64,000 bases of DNA from positions 1,472,001 to 1,536,000 of the forward strand of contig CAXXMV010000008.1 of NCBI GenBank assembly GCA_963662285.2, in the 5' to 3' direction. Below are positions 42,871 to 52,220 of the stretch, piece by piece; position 1 is the stretch's first letter, and each line of letters begins with the position of its first letter. The notes under the pieces are model-generated. The model worked only from the letters and a program-made list of their open reading frames with translations. It did not search any database and was not told where the DNA came from. The translations under genes were made by a program, and so were the position numbers. This DNA comes from a bacterium. GTDB lineage: Bacteria; Hinthialibacterota; Hinthialibacteria; Hinthialibacterales; Hinthialibacteraceae.

Positions 42871-42901
42871 AGATTTAGCGCTGAAAGGAGGTGGTCCATC
42901 T

Positions 42902-42964
42902 ATGCATTATGACTGTACGGGTAGTACATGTAGCGCAGGTGGCTGCGGAGGTGAGGAGAGCTAA
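42902..42964 (+). CDS. 20-aa small ORF MHYDCTGSTCSAGGCGGEES
   Basis: ATG preceded by GAAAGGAGGTGG and a promoter; below the ORF-track size cutoff. Confidence 0.5.
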   Translation: MHYDCTGSTCSAGGCGGEES

Positions 42965-43214
42965 CTTTCCCATTGCGCCTCTGTTATTAAACGGAACTTT
43001 CTTCGCATTAAAAGGAATTTAACTAAAGACGCTTCGCGTCATGATCCTGTGCGCTATTCCTCAACGCGATGATCTTTTCAAATAACAGGGATTATCGGTA
43101 ACGGATTTATTGTCAGTCGAGCGCCAAGGCGATAACGGATTGTATGATATTTAATTACAGACGTTATCCACCGGAACATGCTCTCCTGGCTTTCCAATCC
43201 AAGCAGTTTACCGC

Positions 43215-43250
43215 AACGGGGGCGATCAATTCAGATCGCCCCCGTTTTTA
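43215..43250 (+). terminator. Intrinsic terminator
   Basis: AACGGGGGCGATC-AATTCA-GATCGCCCCCGTT followed by TTT. Confidence 0.8.
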
Positions 43251-43262
43251 ATTTATTGCCAT

Positions 43263-43340
43263 GTAGGCTGGGTCGCGCTTTTCCGACACACCGATAATAA
43301 TTAATCGATTCGGTGGGTCATAAAAAGCGACCCACCCTAC
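43263..43340. repeat. Inverted pair of GTAG-type REPs (REPIN-like)
   Basis: GTAGGCTGGGTCG...CGACACACC facing GGTGGGTC...GACCCACCCTAC. Confidence 0.7.
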
Positions 43341-43350
43341 GGTACTTAGA

Positions 43351-46300
43351 TTATTTATCTTCTTCGAGAATCCCCATGCCGCTGCGATCCGGATATTTCG
43401 GGCGTCGTGCCGGAATATATGGATTGCTGTTAATCTCTTCAATCATCAGATCGATAGCTGCATCCAACTGAGGATCGCCGCCGTTAATCATCTTCGAGGG
43501 ATTATCAACTATTTCAATATCAGGATCAACGCCATGCCCTTCGATGCCCCAGGTGCCGTCAACGTCAAAGTAGGCGAAATTGGGAACAGAAACACGCCCT
43601 CCATCAACCAAAGGAGGCATTCCAGAGATGCCGACTAAGCCGCCCCAGGTGCGCATACCCACCAATTTACCCAATTCGGCCTGACGGAACAAAGCGGGGA
43701 ACATATCGCCGCCCGATCCAGCCAAACCATTAATCAACATGCATTTAGGACCATGATGGGCGCTGGTCGGCCAGGGGATGCTATCTCCATCACGCAACGC
43801 CCAATAGTTTGTGATAGGTCTTTTTAACAATTCGATAAAACGGCTTGGCGCCTGTCCGCCGCCATTCCACCGCTCGTCGATAATCAAAGCCTCTTTGGTC
43901 ATCTGTCCATAGAACTGCCGGAACAGATTATTCTGGCCATCGACGCCGGTATTAGGCACGTAAATATAACCGACTTTGCCGCCTGATTTCTTATCTACAT
44001 AAGCGCGGTTCTTTTCGATCCACGCCCGGTAGCGCAGATTGCCATCATTAGAAAGCAATTTGATGACTACATCACGCGAATCATCATTCTTCACAGGTTC
44101 ATCACCAACGGTCAACACAACAGTCTTGTCAGCCAATCCGATAAAGGCCGCCCAGGGATCAAGATTGGCATCAATCGGAACGCCATTGACAGCCAGAATA
44201 TAATCGCCTTCATCGACCTTATCTTTGGCAACATGGTTGAAAGGACTGCGCGCATCGACATCCCATACCGCGCCTTCATAAATCTTCGAGATACAATATG
44301 CGCCTTCTTTCAACTCCAGATCAACGCCTAACATGCCAACCGATTCGCTGGGCTGACCTTCAACATCACCGCCGCCATAGTAGGCATGTCCGACATTCAA
44401 TTCAGAGATCATCTCTTTAATGACAAAACTGAGGTCTTCTCTGGTGGCGCAATCATCCAGCATGCCTTCGTAATGCTTCCGGACCGCTTCCCAATCCACG
44501 CCGTGCATGTTCGGGTCATAGAAGAAATCGCGGTACCTGCGCCAAGCGTCGGTAAATATTTCACGCCATTCTTCCCGTGGATTAATCATAGTACGCAGTC
44601 CAGCTGCACTGATGGCGTCTTCCAGTTTCTGATCAGGCTCAGCCTTGATAACATGAAAACTGGAACCTTTTCTGACCAGCATCTTCTTGCCGTCAGCGGT
44701 CATGTCATAACCACCCATATCATCCAAAACCGTTTTTTCTTCCTTCTTCTCATCAGAAAGATCAAACAGTTTAATAGAAGTCTTGCCGCCGCTGTTGCGC
44801 AATCCGCTGCGGCAATAAATCAATTTATCTTCATGGTTAACTGATAAAGCGTAGAAATTCCCATGCTTGACCGACAATTGAAACGCCCTGCGCTCAAAGC
44901 CTTCTATATCGATCTCCAGAGGCTTTTCGTCTTCTTTTTTCTTATTATCTTTTTTGTCTTTAACAGCCTCTTTATCAGCATCCTTGTCGCCGTCTTTATC
45001 CTTCTGGTCTTTGGCGTCTTTATCATCTACATCATCATCTTTTTTCTTTTTATCTTTGGCTTTTTTATCACCATCATCTTTACTACCATCTTTGTCATCA
45101 TCAGAGTCGTCATCTGAATCCTTGTCTTTATCTTCTTCGTCCTTACCCTCTTTATCCTTATCCTTCTCATCTTCCCATGATTCTTCATCACTCTCAAACA
45201 GATAAGGGTCTTTTACATCTGCGCGGAGAGGAACCGCATAGAGCAAATCGGTATCGCTATATACGAACGATTTACCCAATCCCCAACCGGCGTCTTCATA
45301 AATCGGACTATCAAAATTGCGGTTGCTGGCGAAAAACAGAAAGTCGCCCTTACGGTCAAAAGTGGGCGCCGTATCGTTGAACATATCGCTGGTAACCTGA
45401 TAAGACTCTTCCTTCTTCAGGTTATACAGAAAAATTGAGTTGAGCTGGTTCCGGGCGCCTTTTACATAAGCAATCCAAGCGGAATCATGCGACCAGTTAA
45501 TACCGGGATTGCTTCCCCAGCGGTCTTTATCAACAAAAAGGGATTCTTTATTATCAATATTATGTATATAGATCGATCCACTGTTATCGGTGAAAGCAAT
45601 ATTCTTCGAGTCAGGCGACCAAGTTGGATTGTAGCGGTATTTCTTACCGCCCGATGTCAGCTGCTGAGTCTCTTCCTTGCCATCGGATTGCATGATGTAA
45701 AGTTCATACTCTCCTGATTCATCAGAAAAATAGGCGATCCAGCGGCCATCAGGGCTCCAACTGGGGTAGCGTTCCGCCGCTCCGCTGCTGCGCGTCAGGT
45801 TGCGCACAGCGCCTTTTTTCTCCGGCAGCGTCCAGATGTCGCCGCGCGCTGCAATCACAACGCGCTTACCGGTTGATGATACGCCCCAACCACGAAGATG
45901 CCCGCTTACATCGGTTCGCTTGGAACGGATTTCAGGACGGGCGCCGGGAATCATAACAATGATGGATTTTGATTGTCCGGTGGATAGATTCAACAAATAT
46001 AGGTTTGATCCATTCTGAAAAACAATCTCCCCTTCACCATTGGCGCCGGGGCCAATCGATGGAAACTTACAGTCAAAATCTTTGAAAGTAGTAACCTGCT
46101 CGCGTTTTTCGGTGGTTGTATTATAAGACCAGATATTCAAACGATGATTCGGCCCGGCATCGCTAAGATAATAAACCACGTTGCCATACCACATGGGATA
46201 AGTGTCTGTTCCTTCAAAATCAGTTATCTTCTTGGATTTATAATCTTTGAGGTTGAACAGCCAGATATCAGTCGCCATGCCTCCACGATACCTTTTCCAG

Positions 46301-46944
46301 GTGCGGAAGTCTCTGCTATGCGGCGTATAAGCCAGCCACTCGCCATCGCCGTTGATAGCGCCATTGGCGCCGTAAGGCACGGGTAACTTATGCGGCATGC
46401 CGCATTCGGGCGACACAGTAAACAATTGGCTCTGACGCCCCAATCCAGCTAATCCACTGGCGTAAAAAAGCAGTTCGTTCTGAGGAGTCCAATCACAAAG
46501 CATTTCATTGGCGGGGTGATGAGTCACCCGAAAGGGAATTCCTCCCTCTACGGCAATAATATAGATATCTCTATCGCCATCATAATTCCCAACAAAAGCA
46601 ATTGATTTCCCATCTGGACTAAACCGGGGAAACATCTCCTCTCCGGCGGGGCTGGCTAAAGGAGTCGCCATACCGCCCTGGCGGGAAACCAACCATAAAT
46701 CATTAGCGTAAACAAATACAATGCTCGATGCGCTGACATCAGCGTAACGCAGCATCCCCGCATGGGGGCGCACCGCCGCTTCCACCGGTTCAGCATCGCC
46801 AGTTTTACTAGCCAACGCTATCATCTGTGTCCGTGCGTCATCGCTTTGCTGATCCAATGGCGCCAATGATATAAGTTCGCCTGTATTTCCTGTTGATACA
46901 ACAAGACATAACAACCCAACTACTAAATAAAAGTATTTCATCAC
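43351..46944 (-). CDS. Tricorn-type S41 protease
   Basis: PD40 repeats (PRFSPDG, PSWSPDG), WKRYRGG, ELNVGHAY, PDZ region, IIDERWNGGG, AGSGGD, RTWGG, EGHGVDPD, DPQLDAAI. Confidence 0.95.
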   Translation of the reverse strand: MMKYFYLVVGLLCLVVSTGNTGELISLAPLDQQSDDARTQMIALASKTGDAEPVEAAVRPHAGMLRYADVSASSIVFVYANDLWLVSRQGGMATPLASPAGEEMFPRFSPDGKSIAFVGNYDGDRDIYIIAVEGGIPFRVTHHPANEMLCDWTPQNELLFYASGLAGLGRQSQLFTVSPECGMPHKLPVPYGANGAINGDGEWLAYTPHSRDFRTWKRYRGGMATDIWLFNLKDYKSKKITDFEGTDTYPMWYGNVVYYLSDAGPNHRLNIWSYNTTTEKREQVTTFKDFDCKFPSIGPGANGEGEIVFQNGSNLYLLNLSTGQSKSIIVMIPGARPEIRSKRTDVSGHLRGWGVSSTGKRVVIAARGDIWTLPEKKGAVRNLTRSSGAAERYPSWSPDGRWIAYFSDESGEYELYIMQSDGKEETQQLTSGGKKYRYNPTWSPDSKNIAFTDNSGSIYIHNIDNKESLFVDKDRWGSNPGINWSHDSAWIAYVKGARNQLNSIFLYNLKKEESYQVTSDMFNDTAPTFDRKGDFLFFASNRNFDSPIYEDAGWGLGKSFVYSDTDLLYAVPLRADVKDPYLFESDEESWEDEKDKDKEGKDEEDKDKDSDDDSDDDKDGSKDDGDKKAKDKKKKDDDVDDKDAKDQKDKDGDKDADKEAVKDKKDNKKKEDEKPLEIDIEGFERRAFQLSVKHGNFYALSVNHEDKLIYCRSGLRNSGGKTSIKLFDLSDEKKEEKTVLDDMGGYDMTADGKKMLVRKGSSFHVIKAEPDQKLEDAISAAGLRTMINPREEWREIFTDAWRRYRDFFYDPNMHGVDWEAVRKHYEGMLDDCATREDLSFVIKEMISELNVGHAYYGGGDVEGQPSESVGMLGVDLELKEGAYCISKIYEGAVWDVDARSPFNHVAKDKVDEGDYILAVNGVPIDANLDPWAAFIGLADKTVVLTVGDEPVKNDDSRDVVIKLLSNDGNLRYRAWIEKNRAYVDKKSGGKVGYIYVPNTGVDGQNNLFRQFYGQMTKEALIIDERWNGGGQAPSRFIELLKRPITNYWALRDGDSIPWPTSAHHGPKCMLINGLAGSGGDMFPALFRQAELGKLVGMRTWGGLVGISGMPPLVDGGRVSVPNFAYFDVDGTWGIEGHGVDPDIEIVDNPSKMINGGDPQLDAAIDLMIEEINSNPYIPARRPKYPDRSGMGILEEDK

Positions 46945-47131
46945 TCTCCTCCATTTATTATTAATATAAACATATGCCTATATCCATTTTATTAGTTTCA
47001 ATCTAATTTCAAACAATTAAAAACCCGAAGATTGATTTTAGTCGTTGATTTTTAGTCGTTTTTCCTTAACAATGCCTACTAATCTGATTTAATTCAGTCA
47101 CTCTAAATCAACCTGAGACATAGTTAAAAAT

Positions 47132-49057
47132 ATGAATAATAAAACAAGTTCAATATCAATGCCGCCATCCAACGATAATCGTGAATTCACTATACCCGCT
47201 GTTATTTTAGGAATTATTCTCTCTATTGTAATGGGAGCCGCCAATGTCTACCTGGGGCTGCGGGCAGGCATGACCGTCTCCGCCTCCATCCCCGCAGCCG
47301 TCATATCTATGGGTATACTGCAAGGCGTCTTCCGCCGCAAGAACATCCTGGAATCAAACCTTGTCCAGACCAGCGCTTCCGCTGGAGAGTCGCTGGCGGC
47401 TGGCATCATCTTCACCATGCCCGCCATGATTCTTTCCGGGCTGTGGGAAACCTTCAATTTCTGGACAACTTCAATTATTGCTTTAACCGGAGGAATGCTG
47501 GGCATCCTTTTCATGATCCCCATGAGAAAAGTCTTCGTGGTCGACAGCCAGGAATTGAAATACCCAGAAGGGCTGGCCTGCGCGGCAGTGTTGCAAGCTG
47601 GTCAAGGAGAATCCGACGAAGCCTCATCAGGATCGCTATTGATTCTTATGGGATTGATAATCGGTGGATTAGTCAAATTCTGCGTATCATTCCTGGGTTT
47701 ATTTAAGTCCATCACCGAGTGGGCTTTTTTTGCGTCCACCCGCGTCTTCTATTTCGGTTTCGATATATCTCCCGCGCTGGTATCAGTCGGCGTAGTGGTC
47801 GGGCTGCCTATCGCCATCCAAATTTTCATCGGCGGCTTCATCGGTTGGCTGGTAGCCATACCATTAATGACCGCCGATATTTCATCCGGCCCGGCTCTGG
47901 ATGCAGCATGGGATTTATGGAGCTCCCACGTCCGCTACATCGGCGTTGGAACTATGGTGGTCGGTGGAGTAGTATCGATATGGAAAGTACGCCAGGGTCT
48001 GGTCTCCGCCGTAAACGAGATGGGCGCCATGATGCAAGAACAAAAGTCGGGCGTCGAGATCGATAAGAAGAACGCCAACATAAACGGCGGCGCAATATTC
48101 CTGCTATCCCTGCTATGCATCCTTCTCACAGCGGGTACATACTATTACCTATTGCATGGCGCCCTGGCTTTCACATTACTGATTACCGTCATCATGATTG
48201 TGATGGCATTTTTCTTCACCGCAGTAGCCAGTTATATTGTGGGACTGGTGGGCAACTCCAACAGCCCGGTATCAGGCATGACCATCTCTACCATCCTGGT
48301 AACAGGCGGCATAATCTATCTGGCCGGATACACCGGAACCCAGGGCATGATCGCCACCCTCGGAGTAGCCGGTGTCATCTGCTGCGTAGCCTGCACCTCT
48401 GGCGACGTCTGCAACGACCTCAAAACAGGCCATATACTAGGCGCCTCGCCTCGCAACCAACAGATCATGCAGATCATCGGCGTGGTAGTAGCCTCATTCG
48501 TGCTGGCCCCGGTCATGACCGTCTTGCATCAAGGCTCCATCAACAACGGAACCGGCGGCATCGGTGGACGCGACCTCGCCGCGCCCCAGGCCAAACTCTT
48601 CTCATCACTGGTCGATGGATTCTTCGGCAACGGCGTCCTACCCTGGGACATGGTCTTTATAGGAGTCATCATCGGCCTGGCGCTCATGATTATTGATTTC
48701 ATACTCGAACAAAACGAATCAGAATTCCGCCTGCATATCATGCCAGTAGCCATCGGAATCTATCTACCACTAGGCCTATCGGTTCCCATCTTCTTCGGCG
48801 GAATCCTCAATTGGCTGCTAACCGGAAAAACCAAAGAATCCACAGCATTAAGCCAGAAACGTGGATTACTAACCGCCTCCGGTATGATCGCCGGCGAATC
48901 GCTCATGGGAGTGCTGCTGGGCTTCATCACCTATATGGAAATAAAAACCTGGTCGATAGGCGGCGCCTTCGGCGACATTTTATCAGATATTCTATCCATA
49001 GGAATTCTATTCCTAACCATGTTCTTTATATATAGGGTTTCAAAACGACGCGCTTAA
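47132..49057 (+). CDS. OPT family oligopeptide transporter
   Basis: ANVYLGLRAGMTVSASIPAAV, YPEGLACA, SNSPVSG, DLKTG, APQA. Confidence 0.93.
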   Translation: MNNKTSSISMPPSNDNREFTIPAVILGIILSIVMGAANVYLGLRAGMTVSASIPAAVISMGILQGVFRRKNILESNLVQTSASAGESLAAGIIFTMPAMILSGLWETFNFWTTSIIALTGGMLGILFMIPMRKVFVVDSQELKYPEGLACAAVLQAGQGESDEASSGSLLILMGLIIGGLVKFCVSFLGLFKSITEWAFFASTRVFYFGFDISPALVSVGVVVGLPIAIQIFIGGFIGWLVAIPLMTADISSGPALDAAWDLWSSHVRYIGVGTMVVGGVVSIWKVRQGLVSAVNEMGAMMQEQKSGVEIDKKNANINGGAIFLLSLLCILLTAGTYYYLLHGALAFTLLITVIMIVMAFFFTAVASYIVGLVGNSNSPVSGMTISTILVTGGIIYLAGYTGTQGMIATLGVAGVICCVACTSGDVCNDLKTGHILGASPRNQQIMQIIGVVVASFVLAPVMTVLHQGSINNGTGGIGGRDLAAPQAKLFSSLVDGFFGNGVLPWDMVFIGVIIGLALMIIDFILEQNESEFRLHIMPVAIGIYLPLGLSVPIFFGGILNWLLTGKTKESTALSQKRGLLTASGMIAGESLMGVLLGFITYMEIKTWSIGGAFGDILSDILSIGILFLTMFFIYRVSKRRA

Positions 49058-49074
49058 GAATGGGCGGCCAACGC

Positions 49075-49124
49075 GTAGGGTGGGCTAAAAGCCGCGAAAG
49101 CGGCGTAGCCCACCAAAAACCACT
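49075..49124 (+). repeat. GTAG-type REP palindrome
   Basis: GTAGGGTGGGCTAAAAGCCGCGAAAGCGGCGTAGCCCACC plus the same AAAAACCACT tail as the 39739 copy. Confidence 0.85.
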
Positions 49125-49430
49125 ATTGACAATTATTAATGATCACTTACACTCCTAATTGATTATGAATACTAGTCTGACTGATCCCGATTCATGGTTG
49201 TAATGGTTTTTATCTTGAAAATTCCCTTTTCCCTTCGGTTGCCATTAGATGCCAGTTCCCCATAGTTGTCTGACAACAGTATAGGAGGATAAGGCGGCAG
49301 ACAACCACGGCGCGAACGTGCCTGAATCTCTCCGGACGTATATCAATAAAAACCTCAAAAATGTAAATAAACGATCAAGCGCTTGTAGAAACAGCCTGTT
49401 ATATTGATTCCAATGAAATGAGAAAGAATT

Positions 49431-51167
49431 ATGAAAAGGTTTTTTGTATTAGGATTGTTTGCGTTATCCGTATGCTCGCTCTCAGCGATCTCAGTGATGG
49501 CGGCTTCATCCATGACGGTAGAAACCAGCGTTTCTTTATCAGATGCGATCGACGCTCCATCAGTTATTGATTCCATCCAGACCATCACTCTTACATTCAG
49601 CGAGCCGCTGAATCCAGAGACCGTTGCCGACGGAGTGAAACTCTACAAGGTGCAATCGACCGGGCAACTGATCGAAGAAACGTGTATCTCCAGTTTTGAT
49701 CATTCCACCCCTACCATCCTGACGATTACCCAACCGGACGGCGCCGCATTCGCAGAAGGCGAGGAATACAAAATCGCCATAAGCAACAACATTCAATCCA
49801 CCAACGGAATGAGTTTGGGAAAAGACTTTACGGGGTATTTTGCCACTAACTATTCATTCATCTTGGGCAGTGAAGGCATCCCGGAATTATACGGTCAGCG
49901 ATCTTTGATCATTTGTATCAGCGATATCCATATAGGAGATGCCAGAACAATCGCCGGGGGATATAACGGATTCGAAAAGAATAAAAAAGCCTTTGTCAAT
50001 TTTTTGAATCAGATTCGATTTTCTCCCAATGTAAAAGAATTGGTAATAGCCGGAGATATGCTGGATGAATGGGTTGGCCCCATGACAGACGACCCCTTAA
50101 ATGGAATGACGGAGTCCGGGTTTTTGGATTCGGTTGCCGCCGCCAACCAAACCGTGATTGACGCACTAAACCACATCATCCAGGACTGGAACGTCAAGGT
50201 AACCTACATCCCCGGAAATCACGATATGCTTGTCTCTTCGGAAGACATGCAGCGAATTTTTCCCGGCATATCAGAAGCGAGAGACGCACAAGGATTAGGC
50301 GCTTATTCCCCGGTGGATCATCCCGAAATCATTATTGAACACGGACATCGGTATGAATTATTCTGTGCGCCCGATCCCATATCAAACCGGTCCATAACGA
50401 ACACCGATTCAATCTTGCCGCCGGGATTTTTTTTCACGCGATGGGCGTATTCGTCGATTATTGAACATCCTTCGTCCACAAATCCATTACCCGATATAAC
50501 TTTCGATGCGGGGGATGAGAACCAATCCGCGTTGGCTCTGTATTGGAATATATGGAATTTAACAATGACCGATTTCCCTGTAACCGGTAATCTGGACGAC
50601 AAGGTGATCAAAACCAATATTAACGGCTATACGGAAACATATGCGATCAATCAATTAATCCCCTATAACCTGGATGGGAATGGCCCGCTTGAAATGAAAC
50701 TATACAAAGAAATCTTCGATTCCTGGGACGAAAGGCAAACCATCAATCAGATACCGGTTAAATATGGGGTAGAGAAAGCAATTTCCGACGAAACCGATTT
50801 AGTAAAGGGCGATTTTAGAGCCTTTAACAACCAGGCAATCCTGCAATACTTTCATAATGAGGCTTCGAATAAGAGAATCGTCGTCTTTGGGCATACCCAT
50901 GCGGCATGTATCGAACCATCGTTTAACCTGAAATCCCAAAAAACGATTTACGCCAACTCCGGAACCTGGCAGGATTTTGGTGATCCCAATTTACCATCCA
51001 TGACTTTTGTGGTAATCACCCCTCAGAAAACGAGCAATTCCACGCCTGAATATGTAACGCTGTATCAATACTCGCAAAGTGGAGAAATCACGAAATTCCC
51101 CAATCAGGCCGCCATCACAAACCTGGAACCGATGTCGAGTTCAAGAAATGGGCAGAATTACAAATAA
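49431..51167 (+). CDS. Secreted metallophosphoesterase with N-terminal Ig-like domain
   Basis: ITLTFSEPL (Ig-like); ISDIHIG, AGDMLD, PGNHD, EHGH, FGHTH, YANSGTW. Confidence 0.85.
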   Translation: MKRFFVLGLFALSVCSLSAISVMAASSMTVETSVSLSDAIDAPSVIDSIQTITLTFSEPLNPETVADGVKLYKVQSTGQLIEETCISSFDHSTPTILTITQPDGAAFAEGEEYKIAISNNIQSTNGMSLGKDFTGYFATNYSFILGSEGIPELYGQRSLIICISDIHIGDARTIAGGYNGFEKNKKAFVNFLNQIRFSPNVKELVIAGDMLDEWVGPMTDDPLNGMTESGFLDSVAAANQTVIDALNHIIQDWNVKVTYIPGNHDMLVSSEDMQRIFPGISEARDAQGLGAYSPVDHPEIIIEHGHRYELFCAPDPISNRSITNTDSILPPGFFFTRWAYSSIIEHPSSTNPLPDITFDAGDENQSALALYWNIWNLTMTDFPVTGNLDDKVIKTNINGYTETYAINQLIPYNLDGNGPLEMKLYKEIFDSWDERQTINQIPVKYGVEKAISDETDLVKGDFRAFNNQAILQYFHNEASNKRIVVFGHTHAACIEPSFNLKSQKTIYANSGTWQDFGDPNLPSMTFVVITPQKTSNSTPEYVTLYQYSQSGEITKFPNQAAITNLEPMSSSRNGQNYK

Positions 51168-51270
51168 TCCAGGATTAAACGAAAATCGGAGGGGAAAGTC
51201 AATCTACCCTACGTTGCTATTTCACATATTAAAACCCTCAGGCATCACCAGGTAACGGGCGCCAAGTGCC

Positions 51271-51361
51271 CAATGTCATTAAGTTAAGCCACTTGTCCCC
51301 TCTACCACCGGGAGAGGGTTAGGGTAGGGGTACATTCCAATAACTTAATCTAATGATATTA
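51271..51361. mobile_element. Short MITE-like remnant with IS4-like terminal inverted repeats
   Basis: CAATGTCATTAAGTTAAG (51271-51288) and imperfect inverse CTTAATCTAATGATATTA (51344-51361, 14/18 match). Confidence 0.45.
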
Positions 51362-51366
51362 CTGGG

Positions 51367-51404
51367 CGCCAAGGGCAGTGTTTTTTTCTGCCCTTGATTG
51401 AATC
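51367..51404. repeat. RAYT-associated hairpin repeat, copy A
   Basis: CGCCAAGGGCAGTGTTTTTTTCTGCCCTTGATTGAATC, a near-identical direct repeat of 52220-52256. Confidence 0.85.
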
Positions 51405-51535
51405 ACCTATTATTTCCAGGGCAAAAAAACGATTCACTAGGAAAACATATCCATCAACGCTTACATCATAGTGGGCTAAGTCTCGTTTTTTTGCTAACCC
51501 TACTTGAGACTCATCGTTGAGCACACCATAAAACA

Positions 51536-52126
51536 TTACATTGTTTTAAAACCACAATCATTCCTAAGAAAATCAAGATATTTATTGCTTCCACCCCATT
51601 TGTTGAATCTCGAATTATCCAATTTTCGATACCATCCTCTTGGATTCCAATTTTGAGATATTTGTAAATCGTCAAGAAAATTCGTCCAATGACGAAATCC
51701 TATTTCAGTATTAAAGAAAAAAAGTAATGGATATAGTTTTGCTTTTGGTGTTTTAGGCCACAATATCTGCGATGAATCGAAAAAATCCATATCGCTTTTA
51801 GCTTTCACAATTCCAATATATTTAATACCGCATTCAGGATGTACGCCTATTGTGGATACAAATAAAACAAGATCATTAACATTTGTTTTGTCATAACTAG
51901 GTTGAGCACGTTTCGGAATGCCCCAGCAATTAAATAATCCATTGGAAAATGAAATGTTAAAGTTTTTGTCTTTCTTAAAAAACTCTTTTTCCTTAGAATT
52001 TTGGGGAAGATTCACCATCAATTCTTCTTTTGTTCGTTTTTTGCTGATTGTGTAATTAATATCGACACTACCTTCTTGTCCAATGTGCATTATAAAAATG
52101 TCCATAGAGTTATCCTCCAGTTTCAT
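51536..52126 (-). CDS. AT-rich hypothetical protein, possible PUA/EVE-like domain
   Basis: 196 aa; CWG...NDLVLF...YIGIV...ILWP...YPLLFFF pattern; visibly lower GC than neighbours. Confidence 0.55.
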   Translation of the reverse strand: MKLEDNSMDIFIMHIGQEGSVDINYTISKKRTKEELMVNLPQNSKEKEFFKKDKNFNISFSNGLFNCWGIPKRAQPSYDKTNVNDLVLFVSTIGVHPECGIKYIGIVKAKSDMDFFDSSQILWPKTPKAKLYPLLFFFNTEIGFRHWTNFLDDLQISQNWNPRGWYRKLDNSRFNKWGGSNKYLDFLRNDCGFKTM

Positions 52127-52220
52127 GATTATATTGATACATAAATACGAATCTATATCTTTGCGAGTCTATTACAATTTAATTTATAAATTAAATAGGC
52201 ATTATAAAAACAAGATAGAC

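Larger units (their letters stand above)
42877..43250 (+). ncRNA. Candidate structured RNA or dual-function RNA (~370 nt), family not recognised
   Basis: Promoter upstream, terminator downstream, several complementary segment pairs, no long ORF. Confidence 0.45.

Noticed and set aside
42883-42898. 16S rRNA 3'-end fragment on the minus strand
   Set aside because: Similarity covers only about 16 nt and does not extend into other 16S sequence; better read as an extended SD on the plus strand
43248-43442. 64-aa ORF and similar ORFs over REPs (39749-39967, 51345-51536)
   Set aside because: They run through palindromic repeats or overlap real genes, so are probably spurious
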